Assembly (NCBI RefSeq): GCF_009914755.1
Contig: NC_060926.1
DNA from: the human T2T-CHM13v2.0 reference genome, Homo sapiens
Length of the DNA: 64,000 nucleotides
Strand: one strand, 5' to 3'
Below the pieces are notes generated by a model. The model worked only from the letters and a program-made list of their open reading frames with translations. It made no database searches and had not been told where the DNA came from. Of the stretch, positions 41,301 through 54,963 are shown piece after piece (the stretch's first letter is position 1; each line of letters starts with the position of its first letter). The position numbers and the translations under genes were made by a program.

Positions 41301-42406
41301 TTGAAACCCTGAGAAAAAGGAATCCTGGTTAAAGAAGGAAAGGAAGACACAAGGGAGAGAAAGACCTTGGATATCCTGCAAGTACAAGAATAGATTTCTA
41401 AGTCCTTAACAGGTTAGGTGCAAAAATGTTTTGAGATTGGACTGACTCCACATTGATTCCATCAGTGAATCATTACCACACAATTATTACTGCAGGGAAT
41501 CCTATCCTCACAGTAGGACTGGGCACTGGCCTTTGCTGTCCCTAGAATAGAAATGTCTGGGTCCTCTCACTCCTCATCACAACCTACTCCCTGGGGACTC
41601 AAAGCTGCAGGCCCTCCAGAAGGTCTCTGCTTCCCCTGGGCAGTCCCAGATACTCCTGCATATTGTGGAAAGCACCTCTGCTCAGATGCAAGAATTACCA
41701 TACAGGCAGCAGCCTTCGTTTAGAACATGGTCATTCATCACTGACTTGATCCTGGGAATGGAAAGCAAGCCAAGACTTTTCAGGGTGGCTCTTGTTGTTG
41801 TCTTAAACCTTTCCCGTAATAACTAGCTACCCTGTCCTTTGAAAGCCTACATGCCCCACGGTTTAACTTTCACTGATTTCCATTGGTGACAAGGTATAAT
41901 CTGTCTTCCTATTTTAAAGAAATGAAAGGCAGTTGTAGACTCTTGGAAAACATCCTACAGAGACAATGGAAGAAGCCAGTGCATTCCAGTACTTTGACTT
42001 ATCCTTTCATCCATCAGATTCCTAGGCATCTGCTATTTGTCAGACATGTGTGCTGGGTGCTAGAGATGCTGGAATAAATAAGACTCTGCAGAGCCTCACT
42101 GCACTTCCTTCCTGGAAGTTTTACAAAGGGGTTAATGAGCTCTGCTTACCCTATAAAATCAAATCCACGGGACTGCAGAGCAAGTGAGTCATAATATTTG
42201 TGGAATAAATGAATGTAGCATGACAGTCCCTGGATATGACTTGCCAACAATTACAGAGGGAAGAAGGTGACCCTTTAAATGCCAGTTGGATGACAAGCTC
42301 TGTAGAATTTCCTTAGTATAGGCTCAATAGAATTCTGAGCCTTGGCAGAGGATGGTCAGTATTCAACATATGGATTTTAGTATCAGATCTCCACACACAA
42401 GGTCTG

Positions 42407-42487
42407 TATGATCTTTGTTATAAGAAGAAGGACTATATGATCTTTGTATAGCCAAATACAAGCGCTTTATGATCTTTGTTATAAGAA
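42407..42487 (+). repeat. Degenerate ~30-bp tandem repeat, 3 units
   Basis: tatgatctttgt at 42407, 42436 and 42468; units 1 and 3 share tatgatctttgttataagaa. Confidence 0.85.
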
Positions 42488-44244
42488 CAAGCTCTTGTTT
42501 GCATTTGAATGATTATTTGTAGTTTCATAGCACTTTAAAATGTCATATTCTACCTGATAAAGCTGTGGGCTATGTGTTTTGATTTTCGTTTTGTAGCTGA
42601 AGAAACTAAGACTCAGAAAGTTTAAATAGACAGTGAGTAGTAGGTGAGGCAATGGAGCCTAAACTCCCTTCCTGTGTGTCAGTAAACATGGCCTTGTGAA
42701 TTCACCGGGAGCCTCAGGGCTCATGAATGGGCTGAGGTGCCATAACCATTGTCCTGGGCGCAAGCTGCTTGACAGGTTGCTATACAGTGGATGTTTTCTC
42801 TCTTCTTTTTAAAGTTTGAAAGCAATACTTTAAAAGATAATCAAAATGAGCCCTTATAATTCCATAGCACCTCCCTTCTCCATTGCTAGTCACTGGGTGC
42901 TAGAAGCCAGGGGAGAATAAAAAGGAAATATTAAACAGTGAAGTAGCAATCAAAGCTTCAGCTGGGTTCCTTTAGAGGAGAGAGCTTCAGAAGGGGCCAA
43001 AGTCTGGGCCCCAGAACTTCCTGGTGGCAGAGAAATGGGCAGGCGGCCTTTCAGCTGATATCTCAGACCACAGACTCAAGGGACAATTCAGGCAGCTCCC
43101 CCAGTAAGCCAGCCACAGGCAAAGCAGAGGCCAATAACCCTGCACCTGGCTTCCTGGTCCTTCTCTCCCGAATGGCAGTCTGTTCTTTGGCTTCTGACGT
43201 TACCCAAATTGAATACACTGCTCCAGAATCTAAACTCTGGCTGACTTCTTTGCACAGGGTAGAGGATCCTCCATCACAATGCTCAGGGAGGACCCTGACA
43301 CCCTGCCCTCCCTACCCCAGCCACAGCCACCCAAGACTGGAGGCACTAGAATCAGCTCCCCGGCCAGCCATCTGCACTAACCTTGGCTGACCCCACACAT
43401 AAACTGGGACACTTCCCTGGCTGTGGAGAAGAACTTCATCAAAGATAAATAACAAAGAAACTCCTAGTCTTGTCTCTGTGTCTCAGGCCTCCACTGGAGG
43501 AGAAAGTGAGTGGTAATGAACATCTCAGCAGCCTCTTGACCAGCCCGGCGGATGGGTCACTGGGATTTCCCATGCATACAAATAAGAAGCCTGCTCAATG
43601 GACTAGTCACTGAAATAGGCTTTTCCATCAACAGTTTCAAATTAAAACCCTGAGAAAGCCATCTTTGGAAAATGTTTTCTAGTATATATCTCTTCCAATG
43701 CACTTCAATTAATTAATCTGCAATTGTCCTCGCAGCTGTGTGAAGGAGAAGAGTTTCTAAGAATTGAGTTTCTTCTAAGAACATGAGCTTATTTGCTTAT
43801 TCGATTTGCCAAAGGCAGCAAGGGAGTGTTTTCTCTACACTTTCCCAAGATTTATTATAGGGCTACCAACTTTTTCTCTGTTAAATTGGGCGGCTCTAAC
43901 CTGAGAAAGTTGTTAGAAAATGAATAGAAGAGAGAGGCATGTGATCGGAGTTCACTTGAACTGATGGAAACTTTTAACTGAGTCCTGCAGAATTTTAGAA
44001 ATACCAATAAAAGAACAATGGAGGTGGGGCATGAGCTGATACTGCCACCAACAGAGCGGTTTTTCCGTCTTCAGGGACATGCAATCAGCAATCTCATTCT
44101 ACCTCCATACACTCCTACCTGGCAAAGAGTAAGGTTCACTAACTCACAGGCAAGGAGAAAAGGAGAAGAGGTAAGGTCCTGGCTGAATCGACACCAAGCC
44201 ACGTTGTCAAAGCTTTGAGAGTTTGTTATCCCAAGTCTCCCCTC

Positions 44245-44480
44245 CTCAGTGGAAAGTGTTTGAGAGAGAGGGCTTGGGACCCAGACTGGCAAGGTTCAAA
44301 TCCTAGCTCCATCACTTACTAAGCTATTTCACCTCTCTGTGCCTCAGTTTCCTCCATGGAAAAATGAGGGTAATAATGGTTTTTCTCTCATAGGAGTTGG
44401 GTGGGTCACATTGAGTTAATGTATGTGAAGCTATTTATTAGAACAGTGCCTGTAAACTGTACTATGCATGTTTGCTAATA
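44245..44480 (+). mobile_element. MIR
   Basis: ggttcaaatcctagctccatcacttact...cctctctgtgcctcagtttcctc...tagaacagtgcctg. Confidence 0.9.
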
Positions 44481-44486
44481 TTCTAG

Positions 44487-44883
<397 letters not shown>

Positions 44884-45269
44884 AAGAGGTCATTTTTTGT
44901 ATGCAGAAGTGACACAGCTAAAGTAGAGGGGTTTCTTGTTTCTTTAAGTATTTAGAAACAACTTGAATTTTAAAGTAGACTAGTCACTGAACCTGTTTGA
45001 GTACAAATTTACTTTGTAAATGCTTTCTTTTCTTAGAAAGTATAAAGAATCATCATAAGATTCAAATCATCCAGATCTGAATAATGGAAAATTTTTAGGT
45101 TCCTATTTTACTTGATTTATATCTGAGAAAAGATGCTGAAGTGGGAACAGATAGCTGTACACCCAAGAAATTGTTGTCAAACTTGAGATCTTTAAAAAAG
45201 ACACAGTTTATTGATTTTATTTCTATTAGAACAGTGAATATACCTACTATAGAAAATAGGCGAAATTCA

Positions 45270-45691
<422 letters not shown>

Positions 45692-45775
45692 TTATAACCT
45701 TTATTGTTTCTATATAACAATAATTATATTAAATATAAGAATTATCTCTTTTCCTTTAACCTTGTAGCATAAGTA

Positions 45776-45810
<35 letters not shown>

Positions 45811-45811
45811 C
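45776..45811 (+). repeat. (TG)n(CG)3 alternating purine-pyrimidine microsatellite
   Basis: Read directly from the sequence. Confidence 0.95.
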
Positions 45812-46019
45812 CAGGTTTCAAACCCTGTGTCATAACTCAGGGTTTGATGGTGAGTGTCTGTTCTATTCCTGCACCAAGACTTCGTCTTTCCTTTAGAGAG
45901 GAGCAGGAAGCCCTGTTCCATCCTTCACATGTGCGAGGCGGTGGGAGGGACATGCAGGCTTGTGTACAATAAAGCTAGATTAATAAAATGTTGTTTTTAC
46001 AGTTCCCAGCACCATAATA

Positions 46020-46531
46020 CTGGAATGGTTAGTTTCACGTGTCAACTTGGCAGGGCTAAGAGATGCCCAGATAGCTGGTAAAGTGTTGTTTCTGGGTGTG
46101 TCTGTGAGGGTGTTTCTGGAAGAGATGAGCATTTGAATCAATAAGCTGAGTAAAGAAGACCTCCCTCACCAGAGTAGGCAGGCATCAGCCAATCCTTTGA
46201 GGCATGGATAGAACAATAAAGTGGAGGAAGAGAGAATTCTCTTTTTCTTTGAGTTGGGTATCCATCTTCTCCTGTCCTCAGGCTTTGGTTCTCCTGGTTC
46301 TCAGGCCTTCAGACTCCAAGATTTATACCATTGGCCCCCCTGGTTCTTGGGCCTTCAGACTCAAACTGAATGATCCCACCAGCTTTCCTGGGTCTCCAGC
46401 TGGCAGACGGCAGGTCATGGGACTTCTCAGCCTCCATAATTGTGTGAGCTGATTACCATAATCAGTCTTCTTTCTGTGTATCTATACATATCCTACTGGC
46501 TCTGTTTCTCTGGAGAACCCTGACTAACACA
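46020..46531 (+). mobile_element. MLT2B-like solo LTR
   Basis: atggttagtttcacgtgtcaacttggc...tttctgggtgtgtctgtgagggtgtttctgg...ctggagaaccctgactaacaca. Confidence 0.9.
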
Positions 46532-46640
46532 AAGACATTTATTAACATTTCAATATGAGTTAAACTCTGCAGGCTCAATGCTGTATTAACCTACCATGGC
46601 AGTAACTAATCTCCCAAGTGGTCAGTCCTGAGGGAGAATT

Positions 46641-47306
<666 letters not shown>

Positions 47307-47844
47307 AAGATCTGTTAGGTCATGCTAATCTACCCATGAGTTTGTTTATGTTTAATACAGACAGAAAATTCTTTCAGTGATATCAACTGCAGATCTAGAA
47401 CAGCTAAGAGCTGAGACTGGGTCTTCAGTCACTCTTGACTGCTCAGATCTTACTACAGTGCTTGATGCTTAATATGTAACAAAAGAGAGAAGCAAAATAA
47501 TGAGGTAATTAAGTGCACAAACCAAACAAACTTTCTCCATCTGCTCAGGCTTTCCAAAGCTAAAAGAGGAGGGAGGCTAAAATTCTATTGGATTATTCTC
47601 TAATTCAGCTCCTAACTCTATTCTCAGTCATGAAGATGAGCTGCGACTCATTTGTCCATAGTTAGGGTGAACTAAAACATACTACCTTTTTTCTTAATCT
47701 AAGGAAATTTTTTTTTCTCTCTTCACGTGTTGCCTTAAAAGACATTTTCTTGTATGAGTTTAGCTTTTACAAAAAAAAAAAAAAAAGAAAAAGAAACCCC
47801 GAAGTCATAGCCTTTTATAATTTTTTTCAGTCTTGTGGCTGTTA

Positions 47845-48040
47845 AGAGCATACATGTGGGGTTCACATACATTATTTCACTTAATCTTCCCAATAACTCA
47901 CTTGGGTAGGTGTTATCATTAACGTTTAGACTAGAGGAACCAAGGTTGAAAAAATACGAAGAAATCTGAAAAAAAATCACATAGTTATTGGTGGCAGAAT
48001 CAGACCTGAACTCTTATTTTCTCAACCCAAGCACTATCCA
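47845..48040 (-). mobile_element. MIR
   Basis: attatttcacttaatcttcccaataac...gaggaaccaagg...ggtggcagaatcagacctgaac. Confidence 0.7.
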
Positions 48041-48463
48041 CCTCTATCCTTGGCTCTCCTCCACAAATAGAGATCCACATGTTGGTCTCCCATGCCTTTT
48101 CTATCATGAAAAAGAACAGTGGGAAATTCGGGGAGAATGACAAACTGCAGGGTATGAAAATTCGCCTCTATGTCAAACTGTGTTACTCTGAGCACATAAA
48201 TTTTCTGTTACCCTGGGTTCTCATTTGAAAGTGGGTGCATAGCACAAGATCATCTTTGAGATTCCATTAGTTATATAAAGTTCTATGATGGACATAAGGG
48301 AAGTTCACATACTGCCAGGAGGGTAGTACCCTGAACTAAGTTCGGGCAGCACTCCATAATACTTACAGTTAATTACCAACAGATGTATAGGCCCTTTGCC
48401 ACCACCACATCCACCCCATCCCTCCTGCAGCCCCAGTGAGAGACATATCAAAGATAAACTTCG

Positions 48464-48571
48464 GGCTGGGTGCAGTGGCTCATGCTTGTAATCGCAGCAC
48501 TCTGGAAGGCTGAGGCATGGGGATCACTTGAGGCCAGGGGTTTGAGACCAGTCTGAGCAACATAGAGAGAC
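48464..48571 (+). mobile_element. 3'-truncated Alu left monomer
   Basis: ggctgggtgcagtggctcatg...agcaacatagagagac, with no tail. Confidence 0.9.
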
Positions 48572-48577
48572 ATACTT

Positions 48578-48617
48578 TTTCAGCACCACGCTCTAACCCA
48601 CTGAGCTAAAGTTGATA
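48578..48617 (-). pseudogene. Retroposed 5' half of tRNA-Ile
   Basis: Minus strand TTAGCTCAGTGGGTTAGAGCGTGGTGCTG matches the tRNA-Ile(AAT) D-arm through the anticodon loop; flanked by the 12-bp direct repeat agagaca(t/c)actt at 48566-48577 and 48618-48629. Confidence 0.8.
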
Positions 48618-48780
48618 AGAGACACACTTAAGACTGAGAGACACAATTAGGTTGAAGTAAAAGGATGGAAAACATACAAACAGTAAAAGGGGAGATGAGA
48701 AATCTAGAGTGACAATACTAATATCAGACAAAATAGACCTTAAGACAATCATTATTAGAGCCAAAGAGCCACATTATAAA
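48618..48780 (+). mobile_element. Old L1 ORF2 endonuclease fragment
   Basis: aagagacacactt...aggttgaagtaaaaggatggaaa...atactaatatcagacaaaatagac. Confidence 0.8.
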
Positions 48781-48781
48781 A

Positions 48782-48938
48782 CTCTCACCTAATTTACTGA
48801 ATACTGTACTGAAAATGAAAGACAGCATGGTGGTATGGGTACTGGAAGTACAGTTTCTACTGAATATGTATCACTTTTTGCACCATTGTAAAGTCAAAAA
48901 ATGGTAAGTTGAACCATGATAAGTCAGGGACTATCTGT
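48782..48938 (-). mobile_element. MER47/Tigger5 terminal fragment
   Basis: gaatactgtactgaaaatgaaa...gtacagtttctactgaat...gaaccatgataagtcagggactatctg. Confidence 0.75.
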
Positions 48939-50740
48939 CCACTATAATCAAATCCATTGAATTGTACACTTTAAAGGGATGAATTTATGGCATGTAAATT
49001 ATGTTTCAATAAAGTGGTAAAATAAAGGGAAAAAAAGAACAGCAATCACTGTGATAATAAAGAAAGGTGAGGAGAAGCTGAAGACAATATTTGGCTTTCT
49101 TCACAATTTTGCTTTGGGTCAGCCCTGCCCAGGATTCTATGTCAACTATGTCTCTGTCCCCAGACCTACAGTCGCAGCAAGATGAGTGCTATAGAGAGAG
49201 GAGTAAACAACACACCCAGTAGAAAGGGGGAAGAAGTAGTTGGTGTCAGAGTTGGAACAATTTAAAGGATGCCTTGACCTGAGAGGCAGAGAACCACAGG
49301 AAGGGTTTTATATACAAAGAAAACAGTTGTACTGAGGACTGGAGTTAACCAGGAGTGAAGCATATTGAAGGTGGCTGGCAGGATGGAGGCATGGCCAAAG
49401 GCAGGGAGAAAGTAGCTGGAGGGAGAAGGAGCCCTGAAGGCCTCCCAAGATGTGCTAAAGAAGCTAGATTTTAACCCGATCAGGGAGAAGCCAGCAACAG
49501 CTCTTAACAAAAGCATCAGATTCGGTTTTTGAGAGCTCATCAGAGTAGATGATAAATGGGAATGGGAGAGAGAAAGGAATAACCAAGACTTGCAGGAAGC
49601 CAGATGCAACAGCCCAGGAGAGAGAAAGTGGCTGGTCCACTTTAATCAGAAGGTGGTGGTAGAAAAAAATCAATCTTTTAACACAGACATTCATCCACAA
49701 CCTAAAATACTATGTTTTTGTCAAAAGGTTATATTCAACTGTATTAACTAGAGTGCATCACTCTGCTGATAAGAAGATTTGAGAGAGGAAGCTGTAATAA
49801 GAACATAATATGCAGAGAGAAAATGCACTTCTCCAAGTCCCCCGAGTCTTATTTCATTGGATGCATTTAAAAGCTCTATCATTAAAATAAGTTTAAATTC
49901 TGTGATGGGAAGAAATGTCATTTTCATCACAACTTAATGGAACGGTTCATCTTAGAGGCAGGAAGATACTTTGACAAATGGATGAAGGAGGCTTGGTATC
50001 TCTAACCTGGGGAGGGTGGCTCAGTGCAGTGGGAGGGAGTATATGGATTTTGCAGACCTGCTAGCTCTGGAAGGCTCTGCTCTGTGCTATTCCTTTTGCA
50101 CTGTTTCCTCTCAAGGCCTCCATTTTTCTAAATGCTAAATAGATCATGGACACTTGTAACACACATTAAGTAGTATTGTGAGAATTAATACACTTCCATT
50201 GGTCAAAAAATCTCGTGTCAGGGAGACCTTAGTAGACTGTTACCATCCTTTATGTATAGTCAGACTCAGAGAGAAACTGTAAAATTCACCAAAGGGACTG
50301 TGTGGAAATTGATGGAAGCATTCTAACTGCAGTTAAAACATGCAAATAGAATTCTGAATGCTTTGAGAGAAAGGAAGTCAGCTGTCAGAAAAAGACTGCT
50401 AAATGCCAGTATGCATTCTGTACAGGTAAGGTGGAAGAACCCTGGAAGCTGAAGCACTAAGAACTATAGTTTCCCTATAAGAATCCTTCTAACAAGGAAA
50501 GAATCATCCGTCATGACTGTGTTTTGATTTGTTGTGGTCAGAAACAGAGAGCCACCTGAATGACATCACGAAATAGAGTTATGAAAATATAGCCTTGCCT
50601 TGCATATAGATACGTGAGCCAATGACAAACTACACATGACAACGGTGGTCCCATAAGATTATAGTGAAGCTGCCCTACACAGATGTACCACTTTTTATCT
50701 TTTATACAGTATTTTTGCTGTGCTTTTTCTGTTTCTATGA

Positions 50741-51078
<338 letters not shown>

Positions 51079-51079
51079 C

Positions 51080-51195
51080 TTTTTTAACTTTCATGTTCAG
51101 GGGTACATATGCAGGTTTGTCATATAGGTAAACTCATGTAACAGGGGTTTGGTGTATAGATTACTCATCACCCAGGTGCTAAACATAGTACCTGA
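51080..51195 (-). mobile_element. Short L1P 3' end
   Basis: ttcaggggtacatatgcaggtttgtcatataggtaaactc...tcacccaggtgctaaacatagtacc. Confidence 0.85.
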
Positions 51196-51225
51196 TATGT
51201 ATAGATATATTTAGATATGCAAATA

Positions 51226-51532
51226 CAGTTATGTGTTGCTTAACAAAGGTGATACATCCCAAGAAATGCACCATTAGGCAATTCTGTTGTGGGAATATCA
51301 CAGAGTGTACTTACACAATCTAGATGGTACAGCATACTACATACCTAGGCTATGTGGTATGGCCTATTGCCCCTAAGCTACAAATCTGCACAGCATGTTA
51401 CTGTACCAAATACCATATGCAATTATAACACAAATCACTAGGCAATAGGAATTTTTCAGCTCCAGCATAATCTTATGGGACCACCTTCATATATGGTCAT
51501 CTACCAAAGCATCATTATGTAGTCTATGACTG
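51226..51532 (-). mobile_element. Tigger3a-like element nested in the opposite orientation
   Basis: cagttatg...tatgactg ends with TA duplication at 51224-51225 and 51533-51534. Confidence 0.85.
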
Positions 51533-51754
51533 TACTTACCACTGTGTTACAGTTGCCTACAATATTCATTACAGTGACATGCTGTACAAGTTAGCCTAGG
51601 AGCAATAGGCCATACCACATAGTCTAGGTGTGTAGTTGGCTATACAATCTAGGTTTCTGTAAGTACACTCTATGATGTTCACACAAGGGTAAATCACCTA
51701 ACAACCCATTTCTAAGAACGTATCCCCGTGCATGACTGTATCGTAATGCTGTCT

Positions 51755-51970
51755 AACAATTTTAAATACTTATAATATGTCAGAAGCTGTGCTAAGCCAT
51801 TTACAAGCCAGGTCTCATTTAGGCCTCACCATAACCTTATGAAGTTGGCAATATTATTCCCCCTATTACACAACTAAGGAAACGGAAGTTCAAAGAGCTT
51901 AAGGGGCTTGCCTGGGGTCACACAGCTTGCATGGGACAGAGTTTGTATCCAAGTCTAAGTGTGGAAGCCA
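51755..51970 (-). mobile_element. MIR
   Basis: ctgtgctaagc...tctcatttaggcctcacc...aaggaaacggaag...cttgcctggggtcacacagct. Confidence 0.8.
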
Positions 51971-52879
51971 AACTCTAAGTGGCTTGATTAAATTGTCTCA
52001 GATTCTAAAATGCATGTGCACTGGAGCTGGTTCAAGAAACCATCCAAGCCCAAAGCAGAGCTAAGGGGTGTCTCTCTCTTGGTCTTTTGATGACTGTCCT
52101 CATGTCCTCACCCTGTACACAGCCATTTCTGCTTCCTTATAACTTTGACTCACAAAGGCTTGCCCTGGCCCCCACATCAGCCCCACTGCACCCTTATAAT
52201 TGGAAGCTTACTGCTAATAAGCCCTATTCCAAATTCCTGTGAAAAGAACCTTCGCAGCCCAGCTCATCCTTTCAGGCCAGGATCACAGTTCAGAGTCCTC
52301 TGGCCAACCAGCCTTAAGGTGCCCCGATCCAGTGAGCAACACCAAGGTGGGTCCCATGGAGCAGAACATCGCCACTGCCGCAACAGGGGCCAGGGAAGGG
52401 TGGATGTCCCTGGAAGGAGAAGGGATGAGTGGCCAGAGAAGGCAAAGACCAGGGTCTCTAGCACACGCCAACAGGGCAGAGCATTTCTCATAAGGGCCTC
52501 CTCCCAAATCCAGTCTGCTCCTGCAGAAGTGGGGACTGAGAACCTACATGGTCTATTGATGACCAGACGGCTGATGGTTAGGAATGAGGACTATAGTGGA
52601 CTGGTCAAAATTTATCAACATCTGTCCTTGTCCCAACCTCAACAACCACATTTCTATTGATGTCTTTTCTCTAACCACTCAAATCTAAAACTTCAGTTCT
52701 CCTCATTCTCTTCCTTCCTGGGCCTCCAAGACTAATCACCTTTTGGTTTGTTTGTTTTTCAATTCTCCCTAATAAATAGCTCTAGAATTCACTCTAGGTT
52801 TCCATTTCTGTATCTGTCAACTGAGTCCAGGCCCATATCTCAGGTTGCATCCATTGAACAAAAAATAGCAACACAGCGA

Positions 52880-53030
52880 TCACAGCAATTCTGTAAGGAA
52901 GAACTACTATTATCCCCTTGTGACAGATAAGAAAACTGAGGCCAAGAGAAGCTAAGGGGCTTGTTTTAAGTCACATGGATCAGAAGTAGTGGACAAGGAT
53001 TCAGACCCCTGCAGATATTCCTCTGCTCTT
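52880..53030 (-). mobile_element. MIR
   Basis: ttatccccttgtgacagataagaaaactgaggccaagagaagctaagg. Confidence 0.8.
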
Positions 53031-53172
53031 AAGCTCTCAGAGCCCTGCTGTGTGCCTGATGCTAGGAATCATGGATAATGCAGACAGGGGTCCTGCTCTC
53101 CCACCGCTGACAGCCTAGTACACAAAACAGGCCATACCCAAAGAGACAGAGAGATAAAGGTCTCATTACAAA

Positions 53173-53694
53173 TGGCACAGGAAAGAGAACCAAGCATACC
53201 TGCTTGCGAGGTGGCCCCTGACTGGCATCTGGGAACCTGGCTCCCAGCACACTCCGAGTCAACAGCTAGCTGATGAGCTGACTCCTTATGCCTAGCTATG
53301 AAAACAATATGGTCTAGGCTGAACACTGCCTTTCTTCTAGGGGTGTGAAATTTGGCATGTGCTAGGCAGAGGATGCCTAGATAAACAGTCCCCAAGAAAA
53401 ACTTTGGGTGCTGAGTCTCCACTGGGCTCCCCTGGGCAGAATCCTCACACATGTGCTGCTGCATTTTCACTGCTGGGGGAGGAGCGTGCATTGTGGGACC
53501 CTGCCATGGGAGGGAGAGCATCGGGAAACCATCCATGTGTTCTCCAGACTCTGCTTCTTTTCCCTTGTGATCCAGCTGTAGATCTTTGTTACGTCACTGT
53601 CATCAATCTTAGCTGTTAACACAACTATACGCCAAGTCCTGTGCATCCTTCCAGCAGATCTCAAATGTAGGGATGGTCTTGGGGATCCTCAACA
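53173..53694 (+). mobile_element. MER68/MER21-family solo LTR, inside an L2
   Basis: cctgcttgcgaggtggcccctgactggcatctgggaac...tgctaggcagaggatgccta...ggtcttggggatcctcaaca. Confidence 0.75.
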
Positions 53695-54668
53695 CTCCAA
53701 CCATGGTAAATGCCACGAAGGAAGAGCACAAGTGATGTAAGGAAGACAGCAGGGGCCTCGTTAGCATGGGGGGTCCAGAAGAACCCTCTGTGGGAGTTCT
53801 ATGTCAGCCAGTCCTAACGATAACGAGAAGTTCACGGGAACAAGAGCAGGAGGCACATGCTCCCGACAGAGGAAAAGCATGATCAAGAACATGATGGCCC
53901 AGTACGTGGCTCCCTAGAGAGCTGAACTACCTCCAGCCAGTGACATCCCTGAAAGCTGGGAGGTCCTTTGATGTCAGAGCTGCAGACAGATGCTGCTCCA
54001 AGGGCCTCGGGCCAGGGCCAGGAGTTGAACTTTATGCTACTCCCACTGGAGAGCTATAGAAGGTGTTTGCATGTAGGGAACATGATCCATGCACCTTTTT
54101 CAAGGCCCATTCTAGCTGCTATGTGGAAGATGGATTAGAGGGAAAGAGGCAGAAGCCAGGGAGCAGTCGGAGCCCACTCACAATCAAGGGGTACACAAGG
54201 CTATACATGGGTGATAGCTGCACTAGAGGATGGGATTTCAGGGGCAAAAAGGTTCAGACAGCAGCCTCCAAGTTGTCTCCCGCCCCCCGCCCCCCTCCAG
54301 TGCTCAGCCCATTTGACCCCTAGTCTGCCTGGGAACCCAAGGCTATGGCTCCCACCTAGAGACACAGCCCTACAGCTCCCACGGCCCTGGCGGAGCTTGT
54401 CTGTGTAACACAGCAGCCTGAGATGATGTTCTCAGTCTCCGGCGCCCGCGGGATATAAGGTTGCCAGCTGTCCTTCTGCAGAGATATTCTCCTTTAGTTT
54501 GACATTTTGTTCTTCGTGTGTTTTTTCTGAAGGGTGTTAAGATTTCTCCTCTTTTATGACAGCAGGCTGATAGTTGATGGGGGTTCGCTGTGTGTCTCAT
54601 GGAAAAATTAAGTTGGCAACCATGTTCGTTCCTCTCCACCTTAGCTCTACTTCTCTAAAAAAAAATAA

Positions 54669-54963
54669 TGCCATGCACAGTGGTTCACGCCCATAATCCC
54701 AGCACACTGGAAGGTCCAGGTGGGAGGATTGCTTGAGGCCAGGAGTTCAAGATGACCCTGGGCAACATAGCAAGACCCTATTTCTACAAAAAATTAAAAA
54801 TTAGCTGACTGTGGTGTCATGAGCCTGTAGTCCCAGCTATTCAGGAGGCTGAGGCAGGAGGATCGCTGGAGCCCAGGAGATGAAGGCTGCAGTGAGCTAT
54901 GATCACGCCCTGTACTCCAGCCTGGGCAACAGAGCAAGACCTTGTGTCAAAAAAAAAAAAAAA
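54669..54963 (+). mobile_element. AluJ
   Basis: ggaggattgcttgaggccaggagttcaag...gagctatgatcacgcc. Confidence 0.92.

Noticed and set aside
42407-42487. CRISPR-like repeat-spacer pattern
   Set aside because: Primate DNA, only three short degenerate units, and no cas genes
43562-43571. Isolated perfect NF-kB site GGGATTTCCC
   Set aside because: Single motif with no supporting cluster
48578-48617. Functional tRNA gene
   Set aside because: Only the D-arm and part of the anticodon arm are present; there is no B box, T-arm or acceptor stem
52145-52660. 171-aa ORF
   Set aside because: Non-ATG start, no recognisable protein similarity, and no exon-like boundaries
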